A DNA stretch of 64,000 nucleotides from Marine Group II euryarchaeote MED-G37 (GCA_002457555.1 NTJQ01000005.1:28335-92334); one strand, 5' to 3'; positions 40,786-51,214 are shown, numbered from the stretch's first letter. Notes: generated from the letters alone by a model not told the origin. Program-made: numbers and translations.

Positions 40786-41400
40786 TTAGCCTACAGGCTC
40801 GCCGCCTTCTCCCATGAAGGCTAGGCGGTGCAGACCATTTGTTTCGATAAGGTGATCCAGGACTGGCATGGGAATTAATGTCCCAAGGACTTCTCGAATT
40901 GCATCTTGATCCCCGATAGTGCTAAGCATCCTGGCAGTTTCTCTGACCCTCCAGCCCTCAAAGCGTTCACGTTTTTCAAGAGGAAGCAGGACCACTTCCC
41001 AGCCAGATGCTGTGTACAACTCCGCTGTACCCATATCCGTAGTAACCAATACACCCGCTTGTCCATGATATCGACTGGCATGAGTCACCCAATTTGGTGG
41101 ATCGTCAATATCGGGAATTGAATAAATCACATAATTTCCAATGGAGTTTGATATGGCCCAAGTTTCAATCATCTGACTTCTTTCTTCATGGGTCCAAGGA
41201 TTTCGCAAATTTTGAGGACGATTAGAAGACCCTATTGCAATAATGAGGGGTGCATTTGGATTGTTTGAATTTCTCCACTTCGACGCCGATTCTAGCATAT
41301 ACTCATGACCAAGATGGAATGGCTGAAACCTACCTAGTACAAGGACTCCTGAATCAGGTTCGCTTTCTGGAGGGGTAGGTTCCAATGGCAAGTCATTCAT
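40786..41400 (-). CDS. nadM: Nicotinamide-nucleotide adenylyltransferase (NadM-like)
   Basis: GRFQPFHLGH, IGSS, NPWTHEER; ATG 41400 overlaps the upstream stop (ATGA). Confidence 0.85.
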   Translation of the reverse strand: MNDLPLEPTPPESEPDSGVLVLGRFQPFHLGHEYMLESASKWRNSNNPNAPLIIAIGSSNRPQNLRNPWTHEERSQMIETWAISNSIGNYVIYSIPDIDDPPNWVTHASRYHGQAGVLVTTDMGTAELYTASGWEVVLLPLEKRERFEGWRVRETARMLSTIGDQDAIREVLGTLIPMPVLDHLIETNGLHRLAFMGEGGEPVG

Positions 41401-42029
41401 GCTAGAGCCTCCGCTAATTTCCCCCCATCCAAAAGCCATTCTTCTGGTTCTAAATATTCACGGCCAATTAACAAATTTAGACCTTCTTCTTTAGACAATT
41501 CGATGAAATCAAATAGGCTCTCTGTCAGCGATTTATGAGATTCCATTGTGGGTAGGATACGGGGGTCTTCGTCAGGATTCAAGGTATCTCCAAGGTGCTC
41601 TCTCCTTTTCATCCAATCTAGGATGACCGACTCCGAGTATGACTGTCGATCTTTAGTAGAGAGATTAGAGGTTAGCCTCTGCCAAACATCTGCATTTAGG
41701 AATTCATCTGTGTCCTCAAATCTCTCTTCAAGAACTGGTTCGATGTAGAGGAATAGCCTACCATCCCAGCACCTCCATTCAGCAACGCTAGACCAATCAC
41801 ATAGAATCAATGACGCTGCTGCATCTATGTTGCCATTGGATTTGTCCGCCCATTCCAAAAAGTCACCTTCGATATCAACGGAAAACCCCCGGTGAAAACG
41901 AGGGTCTCCCGCCGGCCTCTCGTCTCTAAGACGTCCACTCTCAAAGGCTAGTACAAGTTGCTCTATACTCATTGAGCGTAATCTATTGAGGGCATTAGAG
42001 TCAATCAATCGAAGAATTACGTCGACCAT
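41397..42029 (-). CDS. Hypothetical protein
   Basis: 210-aa ORF with a GGGTGA SD-like element, translationally coupled to nadM. Confidence 0.7.
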   Translation of the reverse strand: MVDVILRLIDSNALNRLRSMSIEQLVLAFESGRLRDERPAGDPRFHRGFSVDIEGDFLEWADKSNGNIDAAASLILCDWSSVAEWRCWDGRLFLYIEPVLEERFEDTDEFLNADVWQRLTSNLSTKDRQSYSESVILDWMKRREHLGDTLNPDEDPRILPTMESHKSLTESLFDFIELSKEEGLNLLIGREYLEPEEWLLDGGKLAEALA

Positions 42030-42167
42030 TGTCTCACCCCAACCAACCCTGTGAGTCGCCCACCATCAATCCTCGCTTCCCGTATTTTACGGCTAATCGC
42101 TACATCGAATTGAAGAACTCCCCCCTAGCGCATAGAATCACCCACTACGAGGGTAGGAGTGTTCGTC

Positions 42168-43283
42168 ATGGCTACCATTGATGAGCAAATCAAGTCTCTC
42201 GAAGAGGAGATTTCTAAAACAAAATACAACAAAGCCACTCAGGGGCATATTGGAAAATTAAAGGCAAAGATTGCCGCACTTAGGGAAAGACAAGAGAAAG
42301 CACAAGCTCACGCCAAATCAAGTGGTGGAGGACCTGGATTTGAAGTCAAGAAATCAGGAGATGCTTCGGTAGCTCTCGTCGGATTCCCTAGTGTTGGAAA
42401 ATCTAGTTTGATTTCACAATTAACTGATGTTGAGTCGGATACTGGTAACTTTGCATTCACTACCTTAACCTGTATTCCTGGAGTACTACACCATCGAGGT
42501 GCTACAATCCAAATTCTTGACCTTCCGGGTCTGATTAAGGGAGCTGCTGAAGGAAAAGGAAGAGGACGAGAGATTCTCAATGTTATTCGGAGCTGTGACA
42601 TGGTGTTGTATGTTATAGATCCTTTTCAAGGTTCTCATTTTGAGATTCTAGACATGGAATTGTGGAGATCGGGGATGAGGCTGAATCAGCCCAAACCTCA
42701 GGTTTTCGTCGATAGAACCGATAGAGGAGGGGTTGTTGTACGTTCGACCCTTGAACAAACCAATCTAACCGAAGAGGAGATTCAAGCCATAATTCGGAGC
42801 TTTGGCATTGTTTCAGCAAACGTCACACTCAGAACCGATGTAACCGATGATCACATCGTAGACACACTTGCAGGGAATAGAATCTACTCTGATGCTGTTG
42901 TGGTACTAAACAAGGTTGATCTAGCTACAGATAAGGACCTCAAGAAGTCTAGAGCTATGTTACCAAAAGATTGGCCTGTTTTGCCTGTATCGGCAAAAAC
43001 AGGCCAAGGTATTGAGGAAATGAAGGACTTCATTTTCGACAACCTACATTTCATGTCAATTTATCTCAAACCACAAGGACAAGATGCGGATTTAGTGGAG
43101 CCACTTATCGTGAAGAACACCTCAACCGTCAGAGATGTTTGCGTGAAATTACATCGAGATTTTGAGAGGAAATTTCGCTATGCTAGAGTAAAGGGCCCGA
43201 GTGCAAAATTCGATTGGCAAAGAGTTGGTCTAGACCATCTATTGAAGGATGAAGATTTGTTGACTATTATTGTAAGAAAGTAA
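42168..43283 (+). CDS. drg: DRG/Rbg-family GTPase with a TGS domain
   Basis: NKATQGHIGKLKAK, GFPSVGKS, FTTLT, DLPG, NKVD, QRVGLDH. Confidence 0.95.
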   Translation: MATIDEQIKSLEEEISKTKYNKATQGHIGKLKAKIAALRERQEKAQAHAKSSGGGPGFEVKKSGDASVALVGFPSVGKSSLISQLTDVESDTGNFAFTTLTCIPGVLHHRGATIQILDLPGLIKGAAEGKGRGREILNVIRSCDMVLYVIDPFQGSHFEILDMELWRSGMRLNQPKPQVFVDRTDRGGVVVRSTLEQTNLTEEEIQAIIRSFGIVSANVTLRTDVTDDHIVDTLAGNRIYSDAVVVLNKVDLATDKDLKKSRAMLPKDWPVLPVSAKTGQGIEEMKDFIFDNLHFMSIYLKPQGQDADLVEPLIVKNTSTVRDVCVKLHRDFERKFRYARVKGPSAKFDWQRVGLDHLLKDEDLLTIIVRK

Positions 43284-43311
43284 TTTTTCTACTAAATTAA
43301 CAGTTCATGGC

Positions 43312-44109
43312 TTGCGAATCATTCACCTACATGATTCTCCACCGAGTATCGTGGAGGAATCCGGAGACCTGCTCCCTCGAGCAGAAATTAGGGCGGTTTT
43401 CAATCACCTAAGAGTCAGGGCAGTGCTGCTTGTTGGAGTCTTCTTCTTTGGGTTTATTATCGGTTATCCAATAGCAGAATGGATGATTGAAATTCTACTA
43501 GATGCTGAGGGGTATCGTCCAATTGGTGTTGAGATTATAGTACTCCAACCCATGGAAATTATTCTTCTCAAACTTAGAATTGCAAGCCAAATTGCAATCT
43601 TTGCATTGGCCGTCACATTAGTGTGTGATCTTGCATTGAATGGTCGAAAAATAATCGCGGAAGGAAAGCGAGTTGCGATTGAGTCTAGTACAGGAGGATA
43701 TACAAGACTTAGTTTCGCAATTTTAAATATATTAGTTCTAGGAACACTAGGATTTGTTTACGCGCATGAGATACTTATCCCATTCTTGTTAGATTACCTA
43801 GCACAAGATGCTAGCACAGCCGGATTAGACTCGACTTGGCAACTACGCTCTTGGATTGGATTCATCATCGGACTATACATAGGTTCGATAGTAAGTTTTC
43901 AAATTCCATTAGTTCTTGTTATGTTGATTAGAGCCGGAGTATTAGATAGGAATACGGTAACTGATAACCGTTCATTTCTGTGGTTTGGAGCGGCTGTGTT
44001 TGGTGCCTTTGTCTCACCGCCTGATCCACTCTCTATGTTCTTAATCGGTGGCCCTATGCTAGTTATTCTAGAGATTGCTCTATTGTTAGAGCGAATAACC
44101 AGTCGTTAG
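43312..44109 (+). CDS. tatC: Sec-independent translocase TatC
   Basis: HLRVR, FQIPLV, FVSPPDPLSMF, ILEI; 6 TMs. Confidence 0.85.
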   Translation: MRIIHLHDSPPSIVEESGDLLPRAEIRAVFNHLRVRAVLLVGVFFFGFIIGYPIAEWMIEILLDAEGYRPIGVEIIVLQPMEIILLKLRIASQIAIFALAVTLVCDLALNGRKIIAEGKRVAIESSTGGYTRLSFAILNILVLGTLGFVYAHEILIPFLLDYLAQDASTAGLDSTWQLRSWIGFIIGLYIGSIVSFQIPLVLVMLIRAGVLDRNTVTDNRSFLWFGAAVFGAFVSPPDPLSMFLIGGPMLVILEIALLLERITSR

Positions 44110-44114
44110 GTGGC

Positions 44115-45899
44115 TCAGAGGTCGATTCCACGGTTTCGTGCATCTTCTTCCATAGCATCTTTTCGGCCTTGATCTACGTCGACCCATCTCATCATTACTG
44201 TACCTATCAGGATAAGCACCGCAATAGAAAGAATTCCAACTCTGCTATCAAACATCACGGTCATCCAGAAATAGAGTAGTGGGCCAATGAATGCAGCCAC
44301 CTTTCCAAAGAAGCCAAAGAAGCCAAAGAATTCAGCACTTCTAGACTCAGGAACCATCTGACCGAATAGACTCCTAGCAAGACCTTGTGAACCCCCAAGT
44401 AAGGTACCCATTGAACAACCAAGGATTAGGAACTGCAAACCAACGGAAAGACCCAAAGGTTCCCAAACATTACTTCTTACTGCTTTAGGAATGAAGTCCA
44501 ACTTTCCGTCTCCAAGGTTAGTTGGATGATCGACACCTACAACGCTAGTTCCTCCATTTTCACTAATTGAAAACCTAGTTTCCTCAAAGGAAGCCATCAG
44601 CGCTTGAACTGAAGCGGCATCAAGGGAGCCTAAATTCAATGTGACTGATTCATCGTTTTCATCAAAGCCTCCCCATTTGTAAATCACAGAATCATCGTAA
44701 TCGTCGTCTATGATTGCTATACCATAAGTGGATAGAATATCTGCTGCCCAGAGTTGCTCATCGTCACCTTCCTCTACAGCGATAGGAGTCCCGACAAGGT
44801 TAGCGTGCGGCGTGTAATGCCATTCGCCGTCTACTTCCTCGATTTGTACTTGATGATCAGAATGTTCTGAGTATTCTAAAGGAGCGAAGGAAAGTGCTGC
44901 GAAACACAACACTACCCAGCCTACTAATGCCACATTTAGTGCAGGTTTTGTGCCTATATTTTTCGCCAGGTAGGTAAAGGCAATTGCAGAAGGAGCACCC
45001 ACGAATTGAATTGCTACAATAGTTAATATTAGATCGACTGTAGTAATTCCCAATACTGTAGTTCCGAAAATACCACCAAGTGCTGTTACACTGTTTATTC
45101 CATCAATGAAGAAGAAATATGCAAGCATATAGATGAATAAAGTGCGGAATTTATGAACCTCTGAAATGGTCTTTAGAATTTCCTTCAAAGCCAGGCTCGC
45201 TGATTCTCTAAAACCAAGTGAAGCCATTTCATCCTTGATTGGAGGCTCTGGAACCCACTTGAATGTCAACAAAGCAAACCCGAACCACCACGCTGCAGAT
45301 GAGGCCATAACAAACGGAATGACCCAATCACCTGTTAGCGCAAGCACCATGCCTAGGTGTACAATTAACAACAAGCCTCCACCTAGGTAACCATAGGCAA
45401 ATGCAAGATTAGATATCCTATCCATTTCATCATCAGTTCCCAAATGAGGGAGTAATGCATTGTAGAATACGCCCGCTCCATTCAATCCTATATTTGCAAA
45501 CATGAAACAAACCATCAACCAAAGCCATTGATTGTCAACTGGTAACATAGGGGCAAATGCAAGCAGGAATGTCCCTACTACTCCTACGTAAGTGAGTATT
45601 TTTAGCCACCACATCTTGATTCTTCGACGATCGGCAATAACACCCAGTGAAGGACTTACAATGGCCACTAAAAGAGTTCCAATCGCAACAGATAGTGACC
45701 AAACAGCGTCGCCAGTCATTTCTATTGAACCGATTTCAGTCGTCAAACCATTGGCTTTCAAGAAAAGATATGCATACCAAGCTGGCAAAACCGCGACGGT
45801 TACTGAGGTCTCAAAAGCAGACTTACCCCAATCGTAGAAGGCGTATCCTTTCACTGCCTGTGGGTCTGATTGTTTATCCAATTCTACTGTCTCTGACAT
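44115..45899 (-). CDS. MFS transporter, ATG22/UMF1 family, with a large acidic loop
   Basis: YAFYDWGKSAF, FYNALL, GYLGGG, QGLARSLF..MVPE.RSAEFFGFF; ATG 45899 with AGGTGA SD (ORF track 45941). Confidence 0.88.
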   Translation of the reverse strand: MSETVELDKQSDPQAVKGYAFYDWGKSAFETSVTVAVLPAWYAYLFLKANGLTTEIGSIEMTGDAVWSLSVAIGTLLVAIVSPSLGVIADRRRIKMWWLKILTYVGVVGTFLLAFAPMLPVDNQWLWLMVCFMFANIGLNGAGVFYNALLPHLGTDDEMDRISNLAFAYGYLGGGLLLIVHLGMVLALTGDWVIPFVMASSAAWWFGFALLTFKWVPEPPIKDEMASLGFRESASLALKEILKTISEVHKFRTLFIYMLAYFFFIDGINSVTALGGIFGTTVLGITTVDLILTIVAIQFVGAPSAIAFTYLAKNIGTKPALNVALVGWVVLCFAALSFAPLEYSEHSDHQVQIEEVDGEWHYTPHANLVGTPIAVEEGDDEQLWAADILSTYGIAIIDDDYDDSVIYKWGGFDENDESVTLNLGSLDAASVQALMASFEETRFSISENGGTSVVGVDHPTNLGDGKLDFIPKAVRSNVWEPLGLSVGLQFLILGCSMGTLLGGSQGLARSLFGQMVPESRSAEFFGFFGFFGKVAAFIGPLLYFWMTVMFDSRVGILSIAVLILIGTVMMRWVDVDQGRKDAMEEDARNRGIDL

Positions 45900-46003
45900 A
45901 TCTTCACCTATTTTTGCGGCGATGTATAGGGGTATGAGCATTGGGGCGGCATAACTAGTGGTAAAGACGGCTTATTCAATACCCCCGGAGCACTCGACAA
46001 CAT

Positions 46004-47119
46004 GTGTCACTAGACTCGACTTGGGCCCGTCCAACGGAGAATTCTGTTGAAGCATTAGAACATGGTATGAGATTTGTCGATGGTGTTGAACTAGATTTAC
46101 GGCTAAGCACAGATGGCGAATTGATGCTCTGGCACGACGATCTATTCGAAGAGAAGTTGCCAAAAAACCAAAGGTGCCCAGAGCTTATGCATAGTGAAGA
46201 AATCGCGGCTAAAGGAGTAAACAGATTCGATGATTTACTCGCCAGTTCAGAATTTACTGAATTATGGAAAAGTTCCTCTAAAACTGTCAATATCGAATTG
46301 AAAGTACCTCATCCTGTTTCGAAAATTTCGGACCATACGAACCATCTTGCGTCGATGATGACTAAGGTAGAGGATTCGTTGGAATATCTTGAGTTGCCTA
46401 AGCGTTCGACGATGATTTACGGATTTTCTCCGCGTATTGCAGAGGCAGTCAAGAAAAGCGGAGTTACACTTCCAAATACTCAGTTATCTCCACATCTGAG
46501 GTCTTGGGGTAAATCCAAGATAAAGCGATTGTTTGGTTCACCTAATTTTGTTTCAAATTCTGTTTCGGGACTGATTAAAGATCGCAGACGAAAGGGTATG
46601 CCAGTGGTGGGAATGGCCCTACACTACCTGCATGGATGGGAGAGGTTCATTCATCCCGGGGCACCAGTATCTCTTACCGGTAAAGGACTCAACCGTTTAT
46701 TCAGGGTTAGTCAAGAAATGGGATTGCATGTTTGGCCCGCACCTCTAAAACTTGAGACAATAATGTTGGATGCTGGAATTACTTTAATTTCTGATTTAAT
46801 AGATCCAACTATCCATAGTTTGCCGAATGGAGATGTTCGTTGGCCTCGACCGGCTAGCCAACCTTTGGATGAAGAATGGAAAAAGGTACTGAACTCTGCT
46901 GATGTGTTGGAAAGGCCAGACCTTCTGTTGGAGGCTGAAAGTTCCTTACCAATGTGGCATGAAATGCAAGATAGTGCTCGAAAAGATGCTATAATTTCTG
47001 ATGCTAAAAAATGGAATTGGTCCGGAAGCCCCGAGTCATGGGCCAATGATTTGCATGAAGGTAGACCTTGGGGTTGTGCTAGGCTGATCGGGCACCGAGG
47101 TTCTGGCGAAGGCCACTGA
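46004..47119 (+). CDS. Glycerophosphodiester phosphodiesterase family protein, circularly permuted
   Basis: PTENS, DGVELDLRLSTDGELMLWHD, NIELK; the IGHRG motif lies at the C-terminus. Confidence 0.8.
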   Translation: MSLDSTWARPTENSVEALEHGMRFVDGVELDLRLSTDGELMLWHDDLFEEKLPKNQRCPELMHSEEIAAKGVNRFDDLLASSEFTELWKSSSKTVNIELKVPHPVSKISDHTNHLASMMTKVEDSLEYLELPKRSTMIYGFSPRIAEAVKKSGVTLPNTQLSPHLRSWGKSKIKRLFGSPNFVSNSVSGLIKDRRRKGMPVVGMALHYLHGWERFIHPGAPVSLTGKGLNRLFRVSQEMGLHVWPAPLKLETIMLDAGITLISDLIDPTIHSLPNGDVRWPRPASQPLDEEWKKVLNSADVLERPDLLLEAESSLPMWHEMQDSARKDAIISDAKKWNWSGSPESWANDLHEGRPWGCARLIGHRGSGEGH

Positions 47120-47127
47120 CTGAACCA

Positions 47128-48297
47128 TCACTCTAGTCTTCGGTGAGGTTGGTTTCTAGGGATGTACTTAGGTCGGTAAATCGGAGTGCCCCTACCATCT
47201 CTTGCATTGCGCTCATCCATTATTTGTGCGCATATACCAGCAACTCTTGCCCATCCAAAGAATGTAGTGTAATACTCAGGTTTACGGAATCCAATAGCAT
47301 GTAGTAAAGAACCACTACCCAAATCGACATTGGGGTATGGATTCTTGATTTTGGGGTGCTCTTTCAGGATAGGCGGTACCACCTCTCGAAGGGTTTTGAC
47401 AATGCGATAATTTTCATCATCAGGGCAAACTTCTGCACCTAGTCCAATGAGCAATCTTGCTCTCGGGTCTTCTGCCCTTAGAACTCCGTGACCAAAACCG
47501 AATATTGGACGCTTTGCTGCTAATTCAGCCCGGACGAAAGCTTCGATTTCATCTGGGTCATCGGTCCCAATTCTTTGTACAAATTCTAAACATGCTTGAT
47601 TTGCGCGGCCGTGAAGCGGTCCAGAAAGTGCATTCATTGCAGATGCTATCGATGCGTAAACTGTTGCGCGACCACTAGCGACTGCCTTACCTGTAAATGT
47701 GGAGAGATTGCCTCCCCCATGGTCTAGGTGTAGAATAAAGAAAAACCTCAGAACTCTATTCATCCTCTCTGCTTCATCACCAGTCATTCCCAACATGTGG
47801 ACAAAATTCTCAACCAAACCAAGTTCTGGTTTACTCGGTTGAAGATTTTCTTTCTTACCGTCCCTCATAAGGAAAATTCGCGCCATCAATTCTGGCATTC
47901 GAGCGATTAGGTTCATCGAATCTGTGCGCACATCGCCGGTAGTATCTGCTGCTCCTAAAGCCATTATTCCCATGGATAGCCAATCCATAGGATGGCCGCT
48001 ACCTGGTGTTAGAGACTCTAGAACACGGAGAGCACCAGTTGGTATTTCCATAGCTCTGTGAGCGAGTTCTGTACGGAACGCTTCGGATTCTTCTTCGGTT
48101 GGTAATCTCTTGTGCATTAGGAGATAGATTACATCCTCTTCTTCGAGATTAGCTAGGTCCTCTACAGGATAACCTACGTAGTGCACTCCTTCTATCGGAT
48201 CGACGAATGAGGTCTTGCAAGTACCTACTGGAATACCACGCATTCCACTATCTAGATGTGCCTCTGTAATCGTAAACAAAGAGTCGTCATCAGTCAC
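47128..48297 (-). CDS. gltA: Citrate synthase
   Basis: HLDHGG, GPLHGRAN, FGFGHGV...DPR, YPNVD, RP.Y. Confidence 0.93.
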   Translation of the reverse strand: MTDDDSLFTITEAHLDSGMRGIPVGTCKTSFVDPIEGVHYVGYPVEDLANLEEEDVIYLLMHKRLPTEEESEAFRTELAHRAMEIPTGALRVLESLTPGSGHPMDWLSMGIMALGAADTTGDVRTDSMNLIARMPELMARIFLMRDGKKENLQPSKPELGLVENFVHMLGMTGDEAERMNRVLRFFFILHLDHGGGNLSTFTGKAVASGRATVYASIASAMNALSGPLHGRANQACLEFVQRIGTDDPDEIEAFVRAELAAKRPIFGFGHGVLRAEDPRARLLIGLGAEVCPDDENYRIVKTLREVVPPILKEHPKIKNPYPNVDLGSGSLLHAIGFRKPEYYTTFFGWARVAGICAQIMDERNARDGRGTPIYRPKYIPRNQPHRRLE

Positions 48298-48378
48298 CCC
48301 ATCACCCTCCTATCAATTACTCTCGGCGGGGAACCCGTCATAATCTCTGCGTCCTTGGGAGTAAGAGAGTGAGAGGCT

Positions 48379-48810
48379 ATGAATAGGGACAAACCAAAGC
48401 CTCATGATTCACAATTGATGGCTTGGAATGAACTGGATGAAACTCAAAAAAATCTGTTTATTGAAGGATGTGGGCTGTTCGACGAGGGTGAATTTTGGCA
48501 CGCACATGAATCTTGGGAAGACCTTTGGAAATCACTCAAGCCGCTCGAGAAAAAAGTCGAAACCGATGCGGTGCAAGGAATAATTCAAATCGCAGCTTTA
48601 TTGTATAATTATGAAAGAAAAAAAATTCGAGGTGTCGTAAATATGGCTTCTAAATTACTTATTCGGTTGTCAGGGATAGAACACGGTATTTGGGGTGTTG
48701 ATGTTGCTGCATTACGTGTGTCGTTGATTCCATTCATTCGAGACGCCTCTGAAAATAGTCCTAAATGGAATTTAGAAACCACTTCTGTGCGTATCGATTT
48801 GGAAGAATAA
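48379..48810 (+). CDS. DUF309 family protein
   Basis: LFDEGEFWHAHESWEDLW...QGIIQIAA. Confidence 0.85.
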   Translation: MNRDKPKPHDSQLMAWNELDETQKNLFIEGCGLFDEGEFWHAHESWEDLWKSLKPLEKKVETDAVQGIIQIAALLYNYERKKIRGVVNMASKLLIRLSGIEHGIWGVDVAALRVSLIPFIRDASENSPKWNLETTSVRIDLEE

Positions 48811-48825
48811 GTAAAATTTACTAAA

Positions 48826-49494
48826 TTGAGTTATATTCCTCCCGGAACGGTATTAGAATCAGATTCTAGCCGGCGAATGATGGCTGGTTGGCGTGAGGCA
48901 CTGGATGGTCTTGATGAAGATCACAGACTTATGCTCGAAGGAGGGTCTCTTAGTCAGTTATTTCTAAGGTATCCATTGACTATCTGCCACCCTATTTTCG
49001 TTGGAACCCTTTACGGAATTCTTGCTAGCCTTACTCTAATTGCCCCTTTTGCTTATGCAGGGTATCAAGATTCGACTAGTTTGGAGAGCATGGCAGTTGA
49101 TTGGGGGACAATAAGCCTAATTTTTTGCGCTATGACTGCTATTCTCGGGGGTTTTTCGTTACTGATTTCTAGTTTATTCAAGCGCCCACCTGTAAGACTT
49201 GAAAATCGTCGACGTTATCTTTTCCCAATACCTTTCATTGGTCTGCTTCTATTGACTTGGGCAATGATTGGAGAGGCGCCTGATTTTGTTGGTAATCTTG
49301 GATGGTTCTTAGCAATTTTACCGGGTCCTCTGTACATTCATCTGTCCTATGCTCCTAGATGGAGAATGCTTGATCGAATAGATCGTGACCTAGATCCGTT
49401 TGATGGAATGAAGAGAACAATTGCTCAGGATATTTCCGCCGAGCCTGATGAATTAGATGATGAAGATCTAGACGAGGTTGTCTCAGAAGCATAG
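48826..49494 (+). CDS. Hypothetical membrane protein (about 4 TMs)
   Basis: 222-aa ORF with hydrophobic helices and an acidic tail. Confidence 0.7.
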   Translation: MSYIPPGTVLESDSSRRMMAGWREALDGLDEDHRLMLEGGSLSQLFLRYPLTICHPIFVGTLYGILASLTLIAPFAYAGYQDSTSLESMAVDWGTISLIFCAMTAILGGFSLLISSLFKRPPVRLENRRRYLFPIPFIGLLLLTWAMIGEAPDFVGNLGWFLAILPGPLYIHLSYAPRWRMLDRIDRDLDPFDGMKRTIAQDISAEPDELDDEDLDEVVSEA

Positions 49495-49508
49495 ATCTAA
49501 GAGTAAAA

Positions 49509-49931
49509 TCAGTCAAGTTTGATATAATTTACTTGAGCCACTGCTACAAGATTATTTTCAGAATCATATAATTCGGCTTCTGATAGACTCATCGTTTTTC
49601 CAGCCTTAATCACCCTTGCAACACATCGAACGTCTGTATTGCAAGGTCTTAGGAATCTAATGTTAAAATCAGTAGTGGCGACTTTTGCTTCGGAACCAAT
49701 TTTGGTTAGAATCGCCCAACAAGTTACGGTATCAGCAATTGTTGCGAGTAAACCACCGTGGAATGTCTGGTAAATTCCATCCCACTTCTTAGCACGGGGA
49801 ACATGACCTTCGCACTCCCCCTCATCAAGGCGAAGTATCTGCATTTGTAACGTCTCAATAATAGGTACGGAGTGTATTCTTTTCATCATCGAATCGATTT
49901 CATTTTCAGACAAACTAGACGTTTCAACCAT
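49509..49931 (-). CDS. PaaI-family thioesterase
   Basis: FHGGLLATIAD, IRFLRP hotdog fold motifs; GAGGTGA SD. Confidence 0.9.
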   Translation of the reverse strand: MVETSSLSENEIDSMMKRIHSVPIIETLQMQILRLDEGECEGHVPRAKKWDGIYQTFHGGLLATIADTVTCWAILTKIGSEAKVATTDFNIRFLRPCNTDVRCVARVIKAGKTMSLSEAELYDSENNLVAVAQVNYIKLD

Positions 49932-49940
49932 CCGATCACC

Positions 49941-51122
49941 TCAAATTAAACCGAGATTTGCACCAACTTGTTCAAAAATTCTGAGAACCTGATCCAAGTC
50001 ATCTCGAGTTAAACCAGCAGACATTTGAGTTCTAACTCTAGCCTTATCTCTAGCGACCATCGGGAATGTGATTGCACCAGCCATTACACCTTCTTGCGCT
50101 AGAGATTGAGAAAGTGATTTGGCGTTTGAAGATTCACCACACATTACTGGAATAATCGGAGTCTCAGATAGTCCAGTATCAAATCCTAATGATTGCAATT
50201 CTTCTCTGAAATAATTTGTATTTTGCCAAAGCCTTGCATGGTGTTCAGGTTCTGCCATTAATACCTCAACCGCCGCCTTTTGGGCCGCTGCAACACCTGG
50301 CGGCTGACTACCGGAGAGTAACCAGGAACGAGAATGATTGAGTGCATGTGTTCGAACATCCTCAGAACCTGCAACTATTCCTCCCTGAACTCCAAGGGCT
50401 TTGGAAAACGAGCCAACCTCAAAATCGACCTTGCCTTGTAATTTGAAGTGGTCAACGATACCAGCTCCGCCTTTCCCTAGAACTCCCTCGCCATGACAAT
50501 CATCGACTAATACCATTGCACCGTGTTCTTCCGCGAGAGAAGAAATCTCATTCAATGGTGCAATATCCCCATCCATTGAGAATACACCATCTGTGATAAT
50601 CAGTTTTCTATCGGCATCGGAATTCTCATTCAGGACTGCTTCCAATGCACCCATGTCGTTGTGTGAGTAAACCGCCCGTTGGGCCTTTGTTAATCGGACT
50701 CCATCGATAATTGATCCATGATTTAGTTCGTCACTAATAATTACGTCCTGTTTTCCCTGCACGAGTGTTGGGATTAATCCAACATTGGCTGTGTACCCAG
50801 CGGAGTAGATTAAGGAAGCTTCAACACCCTTGAATTCAGCCACCTTTTGTTCTGCTTCTAGATGAATATCCATGGTTCCGGCTATAGCACGAACAGAGCC
50901 GCTTCCTGCACCATATTTTTCGGTGGCTTCAATCATTGCCTGCACTATTTTTGGATGGTTTGTCAAATTGAGATAGTTGTTAGCAGAGAGCATGATTGTT
51001 GATTTCCCATCCATAGTAACTCTTGGCTGATTAGCGGTTTGGAGAGTAGGGGGGTTCCATTCCAAACCTTGCTCTTTTAGCGCCTCGAAGCGCTCTTTCA
51101 TCCACGAGGTGTCGCCGCTCAC
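49941..51122 (-). CDS. kbl: Glycine C-acetyltransferase / BioF-Kbl family PLP acyltransferase
   Basis: ANNYLNL, SDELNHGSIIDG, TDGVFSMDGD, DDCHG, SFSKALG, ARVRTQMSA. Confidence 0.85.
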   Translation of the reverse strand: MSGDTSWMKERFEALKEQGLEWNPPTLQTANQPRVTMDGKSTIMLSANNYLNLTNHPKIVQAMIEATEKYGAGSGSVRAIAGTMDIHLEAEQKVAEFKGVEASLIYSAGYTANVGLIPTLVQGKQDVIISDELNHGSIIDGVRLTKAQRAVYSHNDMGALEAVLNENSDADRKLIITDGVFSMDGDIAPLNEISSLAEEHGAMVLVDDCHGEGVLGKGGAGIVDHFKLQGKVDFEVGSFSKALGVQGGIVAGSEDVRTHALNHSRSWLLSGSQPPGVAAAQKAAVEVLMAEPEHHARLWQNTNYFREELQSLGFDTGLSETPIIPVMCGESSNAKSLSQSLAQEGVMAGAITFPMVARDKARVRTQMSAGLTRDDLDQVLRIFEQVGANLGLI

Positions 51123-51214
51123 GTACCTGACAGGTCGGCAGCCTTGATGATTTCATCGGAACGGCAGACTAACTCTATCGACGACTCTTTCAGCACAAGG
51201 CGACCTCCCAGTAC

